A stretch of 64,000 nucleotides of DNA from a virus: the IMG/VR virus record IMGVR_UViG_3300006853_000001; one strand, written 5' to 3'. Shown in pieces: positions 16,523 to 26,450 of this stretch (the stretch's first letter is position 1; every line of letters starts with the position of its first letter). The notes beneath the pieces are model-generated. The model ran no database searches. It was not told where the DNA came from and worked only from the letters and a program-made list of their open reading frames with translations. A program made the translations under genes and the position numbers.

Positions 16523-17027
16523 GGTTCGCCCGTCGTGGGACGAGACGTGGCTCGCGCAGGCGCGGGCCATCGGCGCGCGCAGCCTCTGCTCGCGCGCCCA
16601 GGTCGGTGCGGTCATCGTGTCCTCGGACAACAGCCGCACGTGGGTCGGGTACAACGGCGTCCCGGCGGGGTTCGAGCACAACGATCGGCCGTGCGTCGAG
16701 TGGTGCCCGCGCGCCCAGAAGTTTCGGCGCTTTAGCCCGTCATACGACGACTGCTACACGGTGCACGCGGAGGTCAACGCTCTGCTCAAGATGGACCGCG
16801 AGCTGGGTCGCGGCGGCACCCTCTACACGACGGGTGACGTCTGCTTCGCCTGTGCTAAGGTCGTAGCCAACTCGGGTCTGGCGACCGTGGTCGTGCTGTC
16901 GGACGGCCTCGCCGCCCACCGCAAGCCCGACGACACGTACCGGTTTCTCGAGAGGTGTGGGTTATCGGTCATCGTGCACACCGGTAACCTATCCGGTTCG
17001 GGTCCCGTGGTCACGTATAACGCGTAG
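16503..17027 (+). CDS. dCMP deaminase (cytidine/deoxycytidylate deaminase family)
   Basis: The zinc motifs HAEVNAL and CFACAKVV are present, and WDETWLAQA is a typical ComEB/dCMP deaminase N-terminus. GTG 16503 follows GAGAGGA; ATG 16473 is an alternative start. Confidence 0.75.
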   Translation: MTGSPPRVRPSWDETWLAQARAIGARSLCSRAQVGAVIVSSDNSRTWVGYNGVPAGFEHNDRPCVEWCPRAQKFRRFSPSYDDCYTVHAEVNALLKMDRELGRGGTLYTTGDVCFACAKVVANSGLATVVVLSDGLAAHRKPDDTYRFLERCGLSVIVHTGNLSGSGPVVTYNA

Positions 17028-17036
17028 GAGAGTAGC

Positions 17037-18863
17037 TTGATCCTCGATGATGTCGAACTTCACCTCGTCAACTCACTGGATGAGGTGCTCGCCTTCAGAG
17101 AGTGGCTCGGCCGGCGCCGCGAGAACGATGCGATCGCCTTCGACACGGAGACGTCGGGTCTGGATACGATCCGTGACCGAGTTCGCCTCATCCAGTTCGG
17201 CGACGACGCGGCGGGGTGGGCGTTCGACCGGGATGACTGGCTCGGCGTGGCCCGCTGGGTGTTCGCCAACTGGCAGGGCGACCTCATCGGACACAACGCG
17301 CCGTTCGACACGTCGATGCTGGCCAACTCGTGTGGTATCGAGGTGCCGCGTCACCGGACTCATGACACGATGGTGCAGTCACGAGTCAACGAGTCACACA
17401 TGTCGATGGCGCTCAAGTCACAGGCGGCCCGCCACGTGGACCCGCGCGCCGCCGGGCTGCAGCTCGAGCTCGGCGGCACGGGCTTCGACTGGGCGACGGT
17501 ACCGGTCGAGTTCCCCGAGTACTGGACGTACGCCGCGCTGGACCCGGTGCTGACGTACGCTCTGGATGGCTACCACCGACCGCGCGTCCTGTCCGAGGCG
17601 CCCGCGGCGTACGACCTGGAGATGGCCGTCCTCTGGGTGGTCGAACGCATGCGAACCTACGGTACCCGGGTGGACGTGCCCTACGCGCAAGAGCACCACG
17701 GTAAGTTGGAGCGGTACTGCGAGAGCGTGGAGCGGTGGTGTCGAGACACGTACCGGGTCAAGCCCGGCTCCAACGCGGCGATCGTAGGTATCCTCGAGGA
17801 GGAGGGCTACCGCTTCTCGAAGGCGACCCAGGCCGGCGCGAAGTCGCTGGATGCCGAGGTGCTGGAGGGCATCGATCACCCGCTAGCGACGGCCGTCCTC
17901 GGTCGCCGGCGCGCCCAGAAGATGTCATCCACGTACCTCCGGTTCTACGTCGAACGCTCAGACGTGAACAGTCTCATTCACCCGTCGTTCAACACACTGG
18001 GCGCCCGAACGTCGCGTATGTCGTGCAGCGACCCCAACCTGCAGAACCTGCCGCGCGCCGGCTCCACGCCGTTCGCCGACCTGGTGCGTAACTGTATCGT
18101 AACGCGCTACGGTCCCTGGGATCCCAACCTGACCCCGGTTGCGAACGCACTCACACACGGCTGTCTGATCATGTGCGACTTCGACCAGATCGAGATGCGG
18201 CTGCTGGCGCACTTCGCGCAGGAGTTCGCGATGATCGAGGCGTTCAAGCTGCCGCAAGACTTCTTCGTGACACTTGCTCGCCAGATCTACGAGGATGAGA
18301 CAATCACTAAGCAGGACAAGCGCCGCCAGATCACCAAGAACGCGGGTTACGCCAAGATCTACTCGGCAGGCGTTAACAAGTTCGCCCAGACCGCCGGGAT
18401 CCCGGTACCACAGGCGCGTTCGTTCCTCCAGCGCTTCGATCAGCTCTACCCGGGTGTGCGGCAATTTCAAGACACCGTTCTCGAGCTAGCCTTGGGGCAG
18501 CAAGCCACCGAGGGCATCGCGTACGCCCGGTCACCCTTCACCAACCGCCGGTACGTCGCGGATCGCCGCAAGGAGTATGCCCTCATCAACTACCTCACCC
18601 AGGGTGGTGCGGCCGAGATCAACAAGATGAAGCTGGTGCAGCTTGACGCGGCCGGTCTCGGCCCGTACATGTTCGCGACCGTTCACGATGAGGTACTGCT
18701 CGACGTACCCGGCGAGCATGTCCTCGACGCGGTGCACATCCTACAGAAGATCATGAATGACGACCAGATGCTGTCGGTGCCGATCACCGCGTCCGTGTCG
18801 TTCGGCGAGAGGTGGGGGTCCAAGCTCGACTGGAGTGAGCAGCACGCGCAGGTCGCCGCGTGA
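17037..18863 (+). CDS. DNA polymerase I (family A) with 3'-5' exonuclease domain
   Basis: The exonuclease motifs are AFDTETSGLD, HNAPFDTSML and YAALDPVL. The polymerase motifs are A (CDFDQIEMRLLAH), B (RRQITKNAGYAKIYSAG) and C (ATVHDEVLLD). Confidence 0.9.
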   Translation: MILDDVELHLVNSLDEVLAFREWLGRRRENDAIAFDTETSGLDTIRDRVRLIQFGDDAAGWAFDRDDWLGVARWVFANWQGDLIGHNAPFDTSMLANSCGIEVPRHRTHDTMVQSRVNESHMSMALKSQAARHVDPRAAGLQLELGGTGFDWATVPVEFPEYWTYAALDPVLTYALDGYHRPRVLSEAPAAYDLEMAVLWVVERMRTYGTRVDVPYAQEHHGKLERYCESVERWCRDTYRVKPGSNAAIVGILEEEGYRFSKATQAGAKSLDAEVLEGIDHPLATAVLGRRRAQKMSSTYLRFYVERSDVNSLIHPSFNTLGARTSRMSCSDPNLQNLPRAGSTPFADLVRNCIVTRYGPWDPNLTPVANALTHGCLIMCDFDQIEMRLLAHFAQEFAMIEAFKLPQDFFVTLARQIYEDETITKQDKRRQITKNAGYAKIYSAGVNKFAQTAGIPVPQARSFLQRFDQLYPGVRQFQDTVLELALGQQATEGIAYARSPFTNRRYVADRRKEYALINYLTQGGAAEINKMKLVQLDAAGLGPYMFATVHDEVLLDVPGEHVLDAVHILQKIMNDDQMLSVPITASVSFGERWGSKLDWSEQHAQVAA

Positions 18864-18952
18864 GACGCCCGAGCTGGCCTCCCGTGGTCACGCAGATCCT
18901 CGTGATCTGGGCGTGCGTTACCCTCATCATCCTCTACGTGTGGTTCTCGTGA
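18860..18952 (+). CDS. 30 aa membrane peptide
   Basis: The translation is VRRPSWPPVVTQILVIWACVTLIILYVWFS. It has GTGA overlaps at both ends, with the polymerase stop and the RuvC start. It is too short for the ORF track. Confidence 0.35.
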   Translation: MRRPSWPPVVTQILVIWACVTLIILYVWFS

Positions 18953-19425
18953 CCGCGCCACCCACCCGGCCGCCCGCCTTCGTGATCGTCGGCGTCGATC
19001 CCGGCATTCACGTGGGTTTCGCCCGGCTGTGGGCCGACGACCACTTCGAGGCGTGTGAGTTAACCCGCATCGAAGCCGAGGACGCCCTGCTGACGACGTT
19101 CTACGGCAAGCATCCGCCCGGCATCATCGCGATGGAGAGGTTTACGATCGTAGGTGGTCGGGCGCGAACATCTCAGCCAGACGCGTTGGAGCTGATCGGC
19201 GCCGCGCGGTTCATCGCCCGCCACCACGAACCTACCGCGTTTCGTGTGCAGGGATCCGCAGACGCCGACCCGTTCGCCGCGCGTGACGTGCTCACCCGGC
19301 TGGGCTGGTGGATCATAGGTGCACCCGACCACGTGCGTCGTGCGTGTGGCCAGGTCGCCCTGGCGTTGTCCCTCACCGATCCGGCGAGGTACGTTCGCCT
19401 GCTGGGACCCGAACCGCTAACCTGA
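18949..19425 (+). CDS. RuvC-like Holliday junction resolvase
   Basis: FVIVGVDPG carries the first catalytic Asp, followed by IAMERF (Glu) and then DH..RA near the C-terminus. The start is GTG 18949; the ORF track start at 18757 lies inside the polymerase gene. Confidence 0.65.
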   Translation: MTAPPTRPPAFVIVGVDPGIHVGFARLWADDHFEACELTRIEAEDALLTTFYGKHPPGIIAMERFTIVGGRARTSQPDALELIGAARFIARHHEPTAFRVQGSADADPFAARDVLTRLGWWIIGAPDHVRRACGQVALALSLTDPARYVRLLGPEPLT

Positions 19426-19466
19426 TAGGATCTAACTCGCACCGTCCGATGATCGAGGAGTCGACG

Positions 19467-19631
19467 ATGAGTGATGCGTCTAACATCGGTGACACGCAAC
19501 CCACACGTGAGTTTCCACCGAACCGCACCGTAACCGAGGTCGAGGCGACCCGACTGGTCCGAGAGTTTCGAGTCGCCTACCCGGCGTATCACCGGTTCAT
19601 CGACCAACACGTTCGAGAAGACGTAGCCTAG
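19467..19631 (+). CDS. hypothetical protein
   Basis: ATG 19467 lies 6 nt after GAGGAG; 54 aa. Confidence 0.45.
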   Translation: MSDASNIGDTQPTREFPPNRTVTEVEATRLVREFRVAYPAYHRFIDQHVREDVA

Positions 19632-21649
19632 TGCCTCACGCCGACGTTCTCGGCGACCGGATCGCACTAACTACACGGTGGACCGAGGCTGAGCTGGTCA
19701 AGCAAGTTCCCGGTGCCCGCTGGAGCCCGGACGATAAGATGTGGTTCGTACCACTTACGTGGGCAGCGTGTCTCCAGCTACGCGGTCTGTTCCGCAACAC
19801 CCTCGAGGTCGGTGACGAGCTGGCCCTGTGGTCACAGCGGGAGTGGTCGCAGCGGGTCGGTCCGTCGCTGGAGATGCGTAGCCGGCTGACACGTGTGGAC
19901 GGCTGGAGTGACAGGCTCTACGACTTCCAGACGGCCGGAGCCGAGTTCCTCCTCGGGTGCGGCGAGGGTGGGTTACTCGCGGACGACTTAGGTCTCGGTA
20001 AGACGGCACAGGTACTAGCTGTCATCCAGGGACTAACAGAGCTGGACCCAGCCGACGCCCTGCCGGCCCTGGTGATCTGCCCCAACGGTGTGAAGCTGGG
20101 GTGGGAGCGTCAGATCGCACTGTGGCAAACGCCGGTGACGCCCTACGTGCTCACCGGCGGCACGGTAGGTCGACGTAAGATGCTCGAGCGGGCGCGTCAG
20201 GACCCGGGTGCCGTCGTGATCGTGAACACCGAGGCCGTGCGGCTGCTGGCCCGGCTCGCGCCGTACGGGTCCACACGCCTGAAGCGCTGCCGGGAGTGCG
20301 ATAAGAAGCGCGGTGAGGAGAAACTCACACCGGCACGCTGTGAGGTTCACCCTAAGCCGCTGAACGGTTTCGGGTTCCGCACGGTGATTCTGGACGAGGC
20401 GCACTCGATCGTCAACCCGCTGTCGAAGCAGACCCGGGCGTGCTGGTCCGTCGGTCACGACCCGTCGGTGCGACGTCGCTGGGCGACCACCGGAACGCCG
20501 ATCGCGTCGAACGTCGGCGACGTCTGGTCGATCATGCACTTTCTCGTACCGCGTGAGCATCCCACTAAGACACAGTTTGTGGACAGATATGCCTTAAGAG
20601 CGTGGAACGCGCACGGCGGTCTCGACATCGTAGGTGTCGCACCCGACACACGTGATGAATTCTTTCGCATCATCGACCCACGGTTTCGCCGGACGCCGAA
20701 GGCCGTCGTACTCGACCAGCTTCCCCCGATCGTGCGATCGGTCCGCTGGGTGGACATGTCTCCGCGCCAGGCGTCCGTCTACCGTGAGATGCACGCACGA
20801 AGCATTGCGGTGACCGATGACGGTCAAATCCTTGTGTCGCCGAATAACCTCGTGAAGGCGACCCGGTTGCTACAGCTGTCTTCGTCCTACGCGAACGTGG
20901 AGTGGGTCGAGCAACTCATCCCGACCCGTGAGATGTGTGACTGTGCGGCTAACGGCGGTACGCGCCACGTCACCAACTGTCCCGGGTCCGAGTGTTGGTG
21001 CACGACCACGGGCGACAAGTATCACAATGAAGGATGTTCTCGGCGACTGAAATGCGTTGTGACGCTCGCCGAGCCGTCCAGCAAGCTGGATGCGCTGGAG
21101 GAGGATCTACTGTCACTCGGAGGTCGGCGTGTCGTTGTGGCCGCCGAGTCGCGCCAGCTCATCGGCCTCGCCGAGAAGCGACTCATCAAGTTGAAGATCC
21201 CGTTCGGCGTCATAGCCGGCGACGTCGGCGACACGTATGAACGTCAAGACGTCATCCGCCGGTTCAACGAGGAGCGCATCCAAGCTGTGCTACTCACGAT
21301 CGGCGCGGGCGGCGTCGGTCTCGACGGTCTCCAGTGCGCCGACACGCTGCTGTGCGTCCAGCGGTCGTGGTCCATGCTCAAGAACGTGCAGCTGGACGGT
21401 CGCGTGCACCGGATCGGATCAGAGGTACATGACTCGGTGCACATCGTCGAGTACGTAGCACGTGATACGATCGAGGAGACGACGCTCTACCCACGACTTG
21501 TCAGTAAGTGGGAGCGGCTCGACGAGATCACACGGGACCGGGCGAGACTTCACGCGGCGGGCATCAAGCCCGACGAGGCGTACCGTCTCGACCTGGCGGA
21601 GAGCAGGGTTGTGAACAGCTTCCTAGGACTACCGGAGAGTTCCGAATGA
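19631..21649 (+). CDS. SNF2-family (SF2) helicase/translocase
   Basis: Motif I is LADDLGLGKTAQ, motif II is VILDEAHSIVN, followed by ATTGTPIASNVGDVWSIMHFL. The C-terminal lobe has GGVGLDGLQ and QLDGRVHRIGS. Cys-rich insertions are present. Confidence 0.85.
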   Translation: MPHADVLGDRIALTTRWTEAELVKQVPGARWSPDDKMWFVPLTWAACLQLRGLFRNTLEVGDELALWSQREWSQRVGPSLEMRSRLTRVDGWSDRLYDFQTAGAEFLLGCGEGGLLADDLGLGKTAQVLAVIQGLTELDPADALPALVICPNGVKLGWERQIALWQTPVTPYVLTGGTVGRRKMLERARQDPGAVVIVNTEAVRLLARLAPYGSTRLKRCRECDKKRGEEKLTPARCEVHPKPLNGFGFRTVILDEAHSIVNPLSKQTRACWSVGHDPSVRRRWATTGTPIASNVGDVWSIMHFLVPREHPTKTQFVDRYALRAWNAHGGLDIVGVAPDTRDEFFRIIDPRFRRTPKAVVLDQLPPIVRSVRWVDMSPRQASVYREMHARSIAVTDDGQILVSPNNLVKATRLLQLSSSYANVEWVEQLIPTREMCDCAANGGTRHVTNCPGSECWCTTTGDKYHNEGCSRRLKCVVTLAEPSSKLDALEEDLLSLGGRRVVVAAESRQLIGLAEKRLIKLKIPFGVIAGDVGDTYERQDVIRRFNEERIQAVLLTIGAGGVGLDGLQCADTLLCVQRSWSMLKNVQLDGRVHRIGSEVHDSVHIVEYVARDTIEETTLYPRLVSKWERLDEITRDRARLHAAGIKPDEAYRLDLAESRVVNSFLGLPESSE

Positions 21650-21777
21650 CCGACAGAGACGACGATCATGACACCTCGATCCACCCCGGTCTGGTCCTAC
21701 TCGGACTTCTCATAGCGGTTGGCATGGTGTGCACGACGGTGATTTGGTGCGTGCTGGCGGTGGCCAGTGGCTGCTGA
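21646..21777 (+). CDS. small membrane protein
   Basis: ATGA overlap start after GGAGAG. The transmembrane segment is LVLLGLLIAVGMVCTTVIWCVLAVA. Confidence 0.45.
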   Translation: MTDRDDDHDTSIHPGLVLLGLLIAVGMVCTTVIWCVLAVASGC

Positions 21778-23197
21778 GTCTGACCCACAGGTCGCGGCGC
21801 ACTGGGCTAAGATCCGTAAGACCTCCGGGTTATCACGAGAGCGCTTCGCCGAGGCCGCCGATGTAAAACCCGCCGCGGTCTGGCGGATCGAGACGCACGG
21901 TCGGTTCAAGGCCGGCGAGCTGGAGCGGCTGCTGATCGCGTTTCCGTCGGAAGACACCTCGAAGGTCGGTGAGTCACCCGGACAGCTCGCCGTACCGGAG
22001 ACCGTAACGGGCGCACCGGCGGCCACGAACGACCTGCTCGAGGAGGACCTGGAGCTCATCCAGTGGGTCGACGTTACCACGACAACCGAGCCGCCGGTTC
22101 GCACTTCCGTGATCCAGTTTCACGATGATCCCGTCGTGGTGTTTCCGGGTATCAGTTCGGTGTCGCTGTCACCGAGCCTAGTCAACGTGAGTGACATTCC
22201 CGCCGAGCCTCTCGTACAGGTTCCGCTGTCGCCGTGGCAACTCACCCAGCGAGACGGCATCACACGGCTGTCGAACAGCGAGCTTCGCCTCTTCCGTCGC
22301 TGCCGGCGCTCGTGGTGGCTCTCGTACTACCGTCGTCTCACGCCGATCTCCGAACCCAACACCGGGGCTCGTGCCGTCGGGGACCGGATCCACCGCGCGC
22401 TGCGGTGGCACTACCACGGCGACACGGCGCTGCGCGTCGACGTACGCGACGCGATCGAAAACGTGATCGCGTTTGACTGGCAGGCGATCTGCGACCGATA
22501 TCCGGAGTCTGAGATGGTACCGAGCGATGTTGCCGACGCATTTAAGAAGGAGTCCGACCTCGAGCGTATCATGGTGGAGGGATACGTCGAGTGGCTCGCG
22601 GAGACCGGCGAGGACTCGGACCTCCAGGTGGTCGGCTCCGAGCAGTTCCTCGAGGCGGAGTTGCCGGGTATGCCTAACGTCCGGCTGGTCGGTAAGATCG
22701 ATGCCCGTGTCCGCCGTGTCTCGGACGGCCTACGCCTCTTCATGGACCATAAGACACTCGGGGCCTTCGGTGCGGCGGTACGGATGCTTCCGCTGGACGA
22801 GCAGATGCTGTTCTACATGACGCTCGAGCGCTACCAGGACGAGAACGTCCGGTGCGTCGGCGCGCTGTACAACATGATGCGTCGGGTTAAGCGGACCGCG
22901 ACGGCGACGCCGCCGTTCTATAAGCGAGTTGAGGTTCACCACAGCGTCGTCGAGCTGGACGCGTTTGAGGTGAGGCTGCGCGGCGTCGTCCACGACCTCC
23001 TCGCACTGCGCGAGCGGCTCGACGCCGGTGTGTCGCCGAACCTCGTCGCGTACCCGCTGCCGGACTCGGATTGCACGTACCGGTGTAACTTCAACCGACA
23101 CTGCTCGATGTTTGATGACGGCTCCCGGGTGGAGAGCGCGCTCGCCGCGTACTTCGTCGAGGGAGATCCTACGGGTTACTACCTGAAGGGAGTGTAG
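21767..23197 (+). CDS. PD-(D/E)XK exonuclease (RecB/Cas4-like) with N-terminal HTH
   Basis: The N-terminus has an XRE-like HTH (SGLSRERFAEAADVKPAAVWRIE). The nuclease core is GKIDARV...LFMDHKT, and the C-terminus has a Cys cluster (DCTYRCNFNRHC). Confidence 0.65.
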   Translation: MAAESDPQVAAHWAKIRKTSGLSRERFAEAADVKPAAVWRIETHGRFKAGELERLLIAFPSEDTSKVGESPGQLAVPETVTGAPAATNDLLEEDLELIQWVDVTTTTEPPVRTSVIQFHDDPVVVFPGISSVSLSPSLVNVSDIPAEPLVQVPLSPWQLTQRDGITRLSNSELRLFRRCRRSWWLSYYRRLTPISEPNTGARAVGDRIHRALRWHYHGDTALRVDVRDAIENVIAFDWQAICDRYPESEMVPSDVADAFKKESDLERIMVEGYVEWLAETGEDSDLQVVGSEQFLEAELPGMPNVRLVGKIDARVRRVSDGLRLFMDHKTLGAFGAAVRMLPLDEQMLFYMTLERYQDENVRCVGALYNMMRRVKRTATATPPFYKRVEVHHSVVELDAFEVRLRGVVHDLLALRERLDAGVSPNLVAYPLPDSDCTYRCNFNRHCSMFDDGSRVESALAAYFVEGDPTGYYLKGV

Positions 23198-23200
23198 CGA

Positions 23201-23659
23201 TTGACGACAAGTGATGCGCCCGTCCGATACCGTAAGCTGACCGTAGGTCGGTCGGTGCTGCTGGCGCTGGCGGACCGACAGATGCACGGACCTCCGGAAC
23301 GGGATGACTTTCCGTTCGGCGCCCGGCGGCAGAATAGGTGTGATGACTGTGGTCTAACCGTGTCGCCCGGGGACCTAATCGTACAGGCGAGACGTCCGGG
23401 TCTGCAACCTGTGCTTTACGTACATGAGACGTGTCCCGGCGATGACGCTCTGTTTCGTCAGATCGAGTGGCTACGCCGGTGGGAAGGGGCCGACATCATC
23501 TCGGCGTGGACGCAGGCGCGCGTCACCCGGCGGTGCGGAAGCTGCGAGCGGGACATGTTCGTAGGTGACTGGATCGCACTCGTGCGGCGCCCCGGTCCCA
23601 TGCGCGGCGGAGGCGAGAAGCACAGCGACTGGAAGTGCGAGAGGTGCGTTAAGCTGTGA
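23201..23659 (+). CDS. zinc-ribbon protein
   Basis: 152 aa ORF with CDDCG...C and CGSC...CERC pairs; TTG start. Confidence 0.45.
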   Translation: MTTSDAPVRYRKLTVGRSVLLALADRQMHGPPERDDFPFGARRQNRCDDCGLTVSPGDLIVQARRPGLQPVLYVHETCPGDDALFRQIEWLRRWEGADIISAWTQARVTRRCGSCERDMFVGDWIALVRRPGPMRGGGEKHSDWKCERCVKL

Positions 23660-24468
23660 CCGGAGCAACCACCGAGATGTCGACGTCGGCGCTGTATAAC
23701 TATGACACAGTGGCGTGGCTTATTCACGCTGTGTCGAAGGCGGGTAAGTCGACGCTGTCCACGACGGCACCCATGCCCATCTGCGTCCTGGACGCCGAAG
23801 GAGGTTGGAAGTTCGTACGAGAGGCCGGCTACCGAACGGGCGTTCCGCTGCGTCGTGTGGAGTGGGATCCGCTGGTTGGTCCGCCTCCCCGCTGGGACGG
23901 AACGTGGGACTTCTGTCACGTGATCGTGCGTAAGTGGACCACACTCACCGCAGCGTATCAGTATCTATCCCGGACCGACCAGCACGACTTTAGGTCGATC
24001 GTGCTGGACTCCATTACGGAGGCTCAGCGGAGGCTGAAGCGACACCTCGCACCCAGCGGAAGCATGAAGGGATGGGAGAACTGGGAGGCTTTACTGGTCA
24101 ACATGGATCAGTTGATCCGTGACATACGCGACCTGGTGCTGCTGCCCAACCCCAATCCGCTGCGCTGCGTGGTCTTTATCGCCGAGACGGCGATGAAGGA
24201 TAACCAGTGGCGTCCCGCGATGCAGGGACAGATCGGGCATTCGCTGCCGTACCTGGTCGACTGCTGCGGCTACCTGTTCACCAACGTAACGGTGGATGAC
24301 CAGGGGACCACGACGGCGCGGTTTAAGCAGTTGATGATCGCCGAGGGCATCAGTCCTACGATCGTGTCGGGCGAGCGGTTCCAGGGTGCCCTGCCCGACA
24401 TCGTGGACCACCCACACATCGGTAGAATGATGGAACAGCTGTTCGGTCCGCCGAACGGCTCGAGCTAG
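23656..24468 (+). CDS. RecA-like NTPase (AAA_24 / Sak4-like recombination ATPase)
   Basis: Walker A is HAVSKAGKST, followed by PICVLDAEGG and then VLDSITE (Walker B). The GTGA overlap start and the position next to the nuclease and SSB genes fit this call. Confidence 0.6.
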   Translation: MTGATTEMSTSALYNYDTVAWLIHAVSKAGKSTLSTTAPMPICVLDAEGGWKFVREAGYRTGVPLRRVEWDPLVGPPPRWDGTWDFCHVIVRKWTTLTAAYQYLSRTDQHDFRSIVLDSITEAQRRLKRHLAPSGSMKGWENWEALLVNMDQLIRDIRDLVLLPNPNPLRCVVFIAETAMKDNQWRPAMQGQIGHSLPYLVDCCGYLFTNVTVDDQGTTTARFKQLMIAEGISPTIVSGERFQGALPDIVDHPHIGRMMEQLFGPPNGSS

Positions 24469-24476
24469 GAGGATGT

Positions 24477-25190
24477 ATGACCGGGACAACGTGGGGCGCA
24501 CTTAAGAAGCAGGCGGACGATGCCACCCGCCCGCTACCGGACGACTGGTACCGTCTCGTCTGCGCGAAGGCGACCTGTAAGACCGCCAGCACCGGGTCCT
24601 TGATGATCTACTGTCAGTTCAAGGTGGATGACGGACCACAATTCGGCAAGTCGGCGTTCACCAACCTGGTGTTCTCGCCGGACAACAGCTTCGCACTTAA
24701 CCTGTTCTTCCGGAAGCTGGCGGCGTTCGGCTTCGACGACCAGTTCTTCCGGGAGCTGGAGGCCGCGGAGCTCGACGTCGAAGACGGCCTCCAGATCATC
24801 GCCGCGCAGCTGCCGGACCGGGCCGTGAAGGCCGAGATCGGGACGCGTCAGTTCCAGGGACAAGATCGCAACGAGATCGTGTCATTTGCTGCGGTGCCCG
24901 GCGCCAACGCGCGACCGGTCGTGGACAAGCAGTTGCTGTCGGGAGCTCCGGCCGGTCCTCCGGTCCCGGGAGGACCGGTCGGCCCACCCGCCGGTCCGCC
25001 GGTGCCCGGAGCTTCCTCTGTGACGCGGTCCGGTCCTCCGGTTCCGGTGGCTCCCGTAGTTTCCACATCTCCGGTCGCCCCGACCACCCCGACGGTAGGT
25101 CAGGCCCCGACGGTCGGGGCGGGACCGGCGACGCCGTCGGCGTCACCGGTCACGACGCCGGCACAACCTCCGCCGGTGCCGACCTTCTAG
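24477..25190 (+). CDS. single-stranded DNA-binding protein (DUF669-like) with Pro-rich tail
   Basis: PLPDDWYRLVCAKATCKTASTGSLMIYCQFKVDDGPQFGK matches the DUF669 pattern. A long PxxP-rich C-terminal tail ends in PTF. ATG follows GGAGGA. Confidence 0.5.
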   Translation: MTGTTWGALKKQADDATRPLPDDWYRLVCAKATCKTASTGSLMIYCQFKVDDGPQFGKSAFTNLVFSPDNSFALNLFFRKLAAFGFDDQFFRELEAAELDVEDGLQIIAAQLPDRAVKAEIGTRQFQGQDRNEIVSFAAVPGANARPVVDKQLLSGAPAGPPVPGGPVGPPAGPPVPGASSVTRSGPPVPVAPVVSTSPVAPTTPTVGQAPTVGAGPATPSASPVTTPAQPPPVPTF

Positions 25191-25217
25191 GACTAACGTG
25201 TAGTACGACCGAGGTGA

Positions 25218-25275
25218 CCGGGTCCGGCGTCGCACCCGCGAGTCGGACCCGGCGCCGGTGCGCGTCGACGCGCAC
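25218..25275 (+). terminator. two stem-loops between the recombination genes and the glycosyltransferase operon
   Basis: A 9 bp stem pairs CCGGGTCCG (25218-25226) with CGGACCCGG (25244-25252). A perfect 18 bp palindrome GTGCGCGTCGACGCGCAC lies at 25258-25275. There is no U-tract. Confidence 0.4.
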
Positions 25276-25303
25276 GTCGTAGACGAGAGACGGTGACACA
25301 TAC

Positions 25304-26434
25304 GTGAAGATACTCATGCTGGTGCCTAACTTCTGGATCTCAGGCACCGTCACGCACATTCGCGAGCTGACGCTCGGCTGGCCGCCGGAGTGGCCGACGC
25401 CGCCGATCGCCGTGCCCACGCGTTCCGGCCGACCGTCCGGTAAGTGGGGACGCGACATCGCCGACGTGAAACGCGCCGACGCGACGACGTGGCGCCCGGA
25501 CCACTGGGGCACACCCGCCGAGATCGCACACCTGGCGCGTAACTTCGATCTCGTACACGTCAACGAGGCGGAGACGACACCGAGCTCGCAGGAGTGGTGG
25601 TACCAGACGCTCGAGCTCCTCGAGACGCCGTGGACGCTCCAGCTGAACGGAAACCTGTATCCGACCGTCAACTGGGACCGTATCCTCCGCTCGCCGCGCT
25701 CTACGGGCGTCATCTGGCAGACCCCGGGCAACGTGCCCGAGGCGCTCGTCCGTGACGACCGCGCGACGCTGGTGCCGCTATCTCGTCCCTGGAACCTGCG
25801 GTCGGCGACGTATGATCCTCCGGCCGGACCTGGAGGTGATAAGCCGCCGCTGGTCGGCTTCCACGGTCGTCTCGCGCCGGACAAGGGTGTGGCGCACGTT
25901 GCCGCGCTGGCCAAGCACCTCGACGTCGATGTCTGTCTTCACGGCGCGTCGCCGGGTGGCGGCTACCCCTACGCCTACGGTCTTCAACACACGTACCTCG
26001 GCGACCGGAAGTTTCGCGCGGAGGAGCCGTGGACCGCGCCTGATCTACCTCTACACTACGAAGGTCCCTACGGGGAGGGTTACGATGTGTCGCTGCATCA
26101 CACCGTGCACGTGTCGGCGACGCGTCTGGGCTTCTCGGCGGGTACCGAGTTCGCCCTGCTGGAGGCCATCGACGCGGGTTGTCGGATCGTCGTACCGGAT
26201 CACATGACCGAGCCCGCGACGCTCGGCGTGCTGCGGCAGTGGACGTACCCGTGGGAGCCGCGCGGCCTCAAGACCGCGCTGTCCGGCGAGCTGCGGTCGC
26301 TGAGTGAGGCGGTAAACCACGCGCTATACGTATCGTCATATGACGCCTCGCACAACCGGCAGGTGCTCGCTACGCACCACAACCCCGCCGCACTGGCCTG
26401 TGCGTTCTTCGGCGTCGCGGCATCCCGGATCTAG
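25304..26434 (+). CDS. GT-B fold glycosyltransferase (GT4-like)
   Basis: The N-terminus is MKILMLVPNF. LVGFHGRLAPDKGV is present, and the C-terminus has an E-x7-E-like motif (GTEFALLEAIDAGCRIVVPD). Confidence 0.65.
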   Translation: MKILMLVPNFWISGTVTHIRELTLGWPPEWPTPPIAVPTRSGRPSGKWGRDIADVKRADATTWRPDHWGTPAEIAHLARNFDLVHVNEAETTPSSQEWWYQTLELLETPWTLQLNGNLYPTVNWDRILRSPRSTGVIWQTPGNVPEALVRDDRATLVPLSRPWNLRSATYDPPAGPGGDKPPLVGFHGRLAPDKGVAHVAALAKHLDVDVCLHGASPGGGYPYAYGLQHTYLGDRKFRAEEPWTAPDLPLHYEGPYGEGYDVSLHHTVHVSATRLGFSAGTEFALLEAIDAGCRIVVPDHMTEPATLGVLRQWTYPWEPRGLKTALSGELRSLSEAVNHALYVSSYDASHNRQVLATHHNPAALACAFFGVAASRI

Positions 26435-26450
26435 AACGGAGGTGATAAGT

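Noticed and set aside
26340-26450. Upstream extension of the BGT-like gene (ORF track start at 26340)
   Set aside because: The extension overlaps the end of the previous glycosyltransferase gene by 95 nt. The ATG at 26451 has a strong GGAGGTGA site and marks the beginning of the similarity to T4 BGT.
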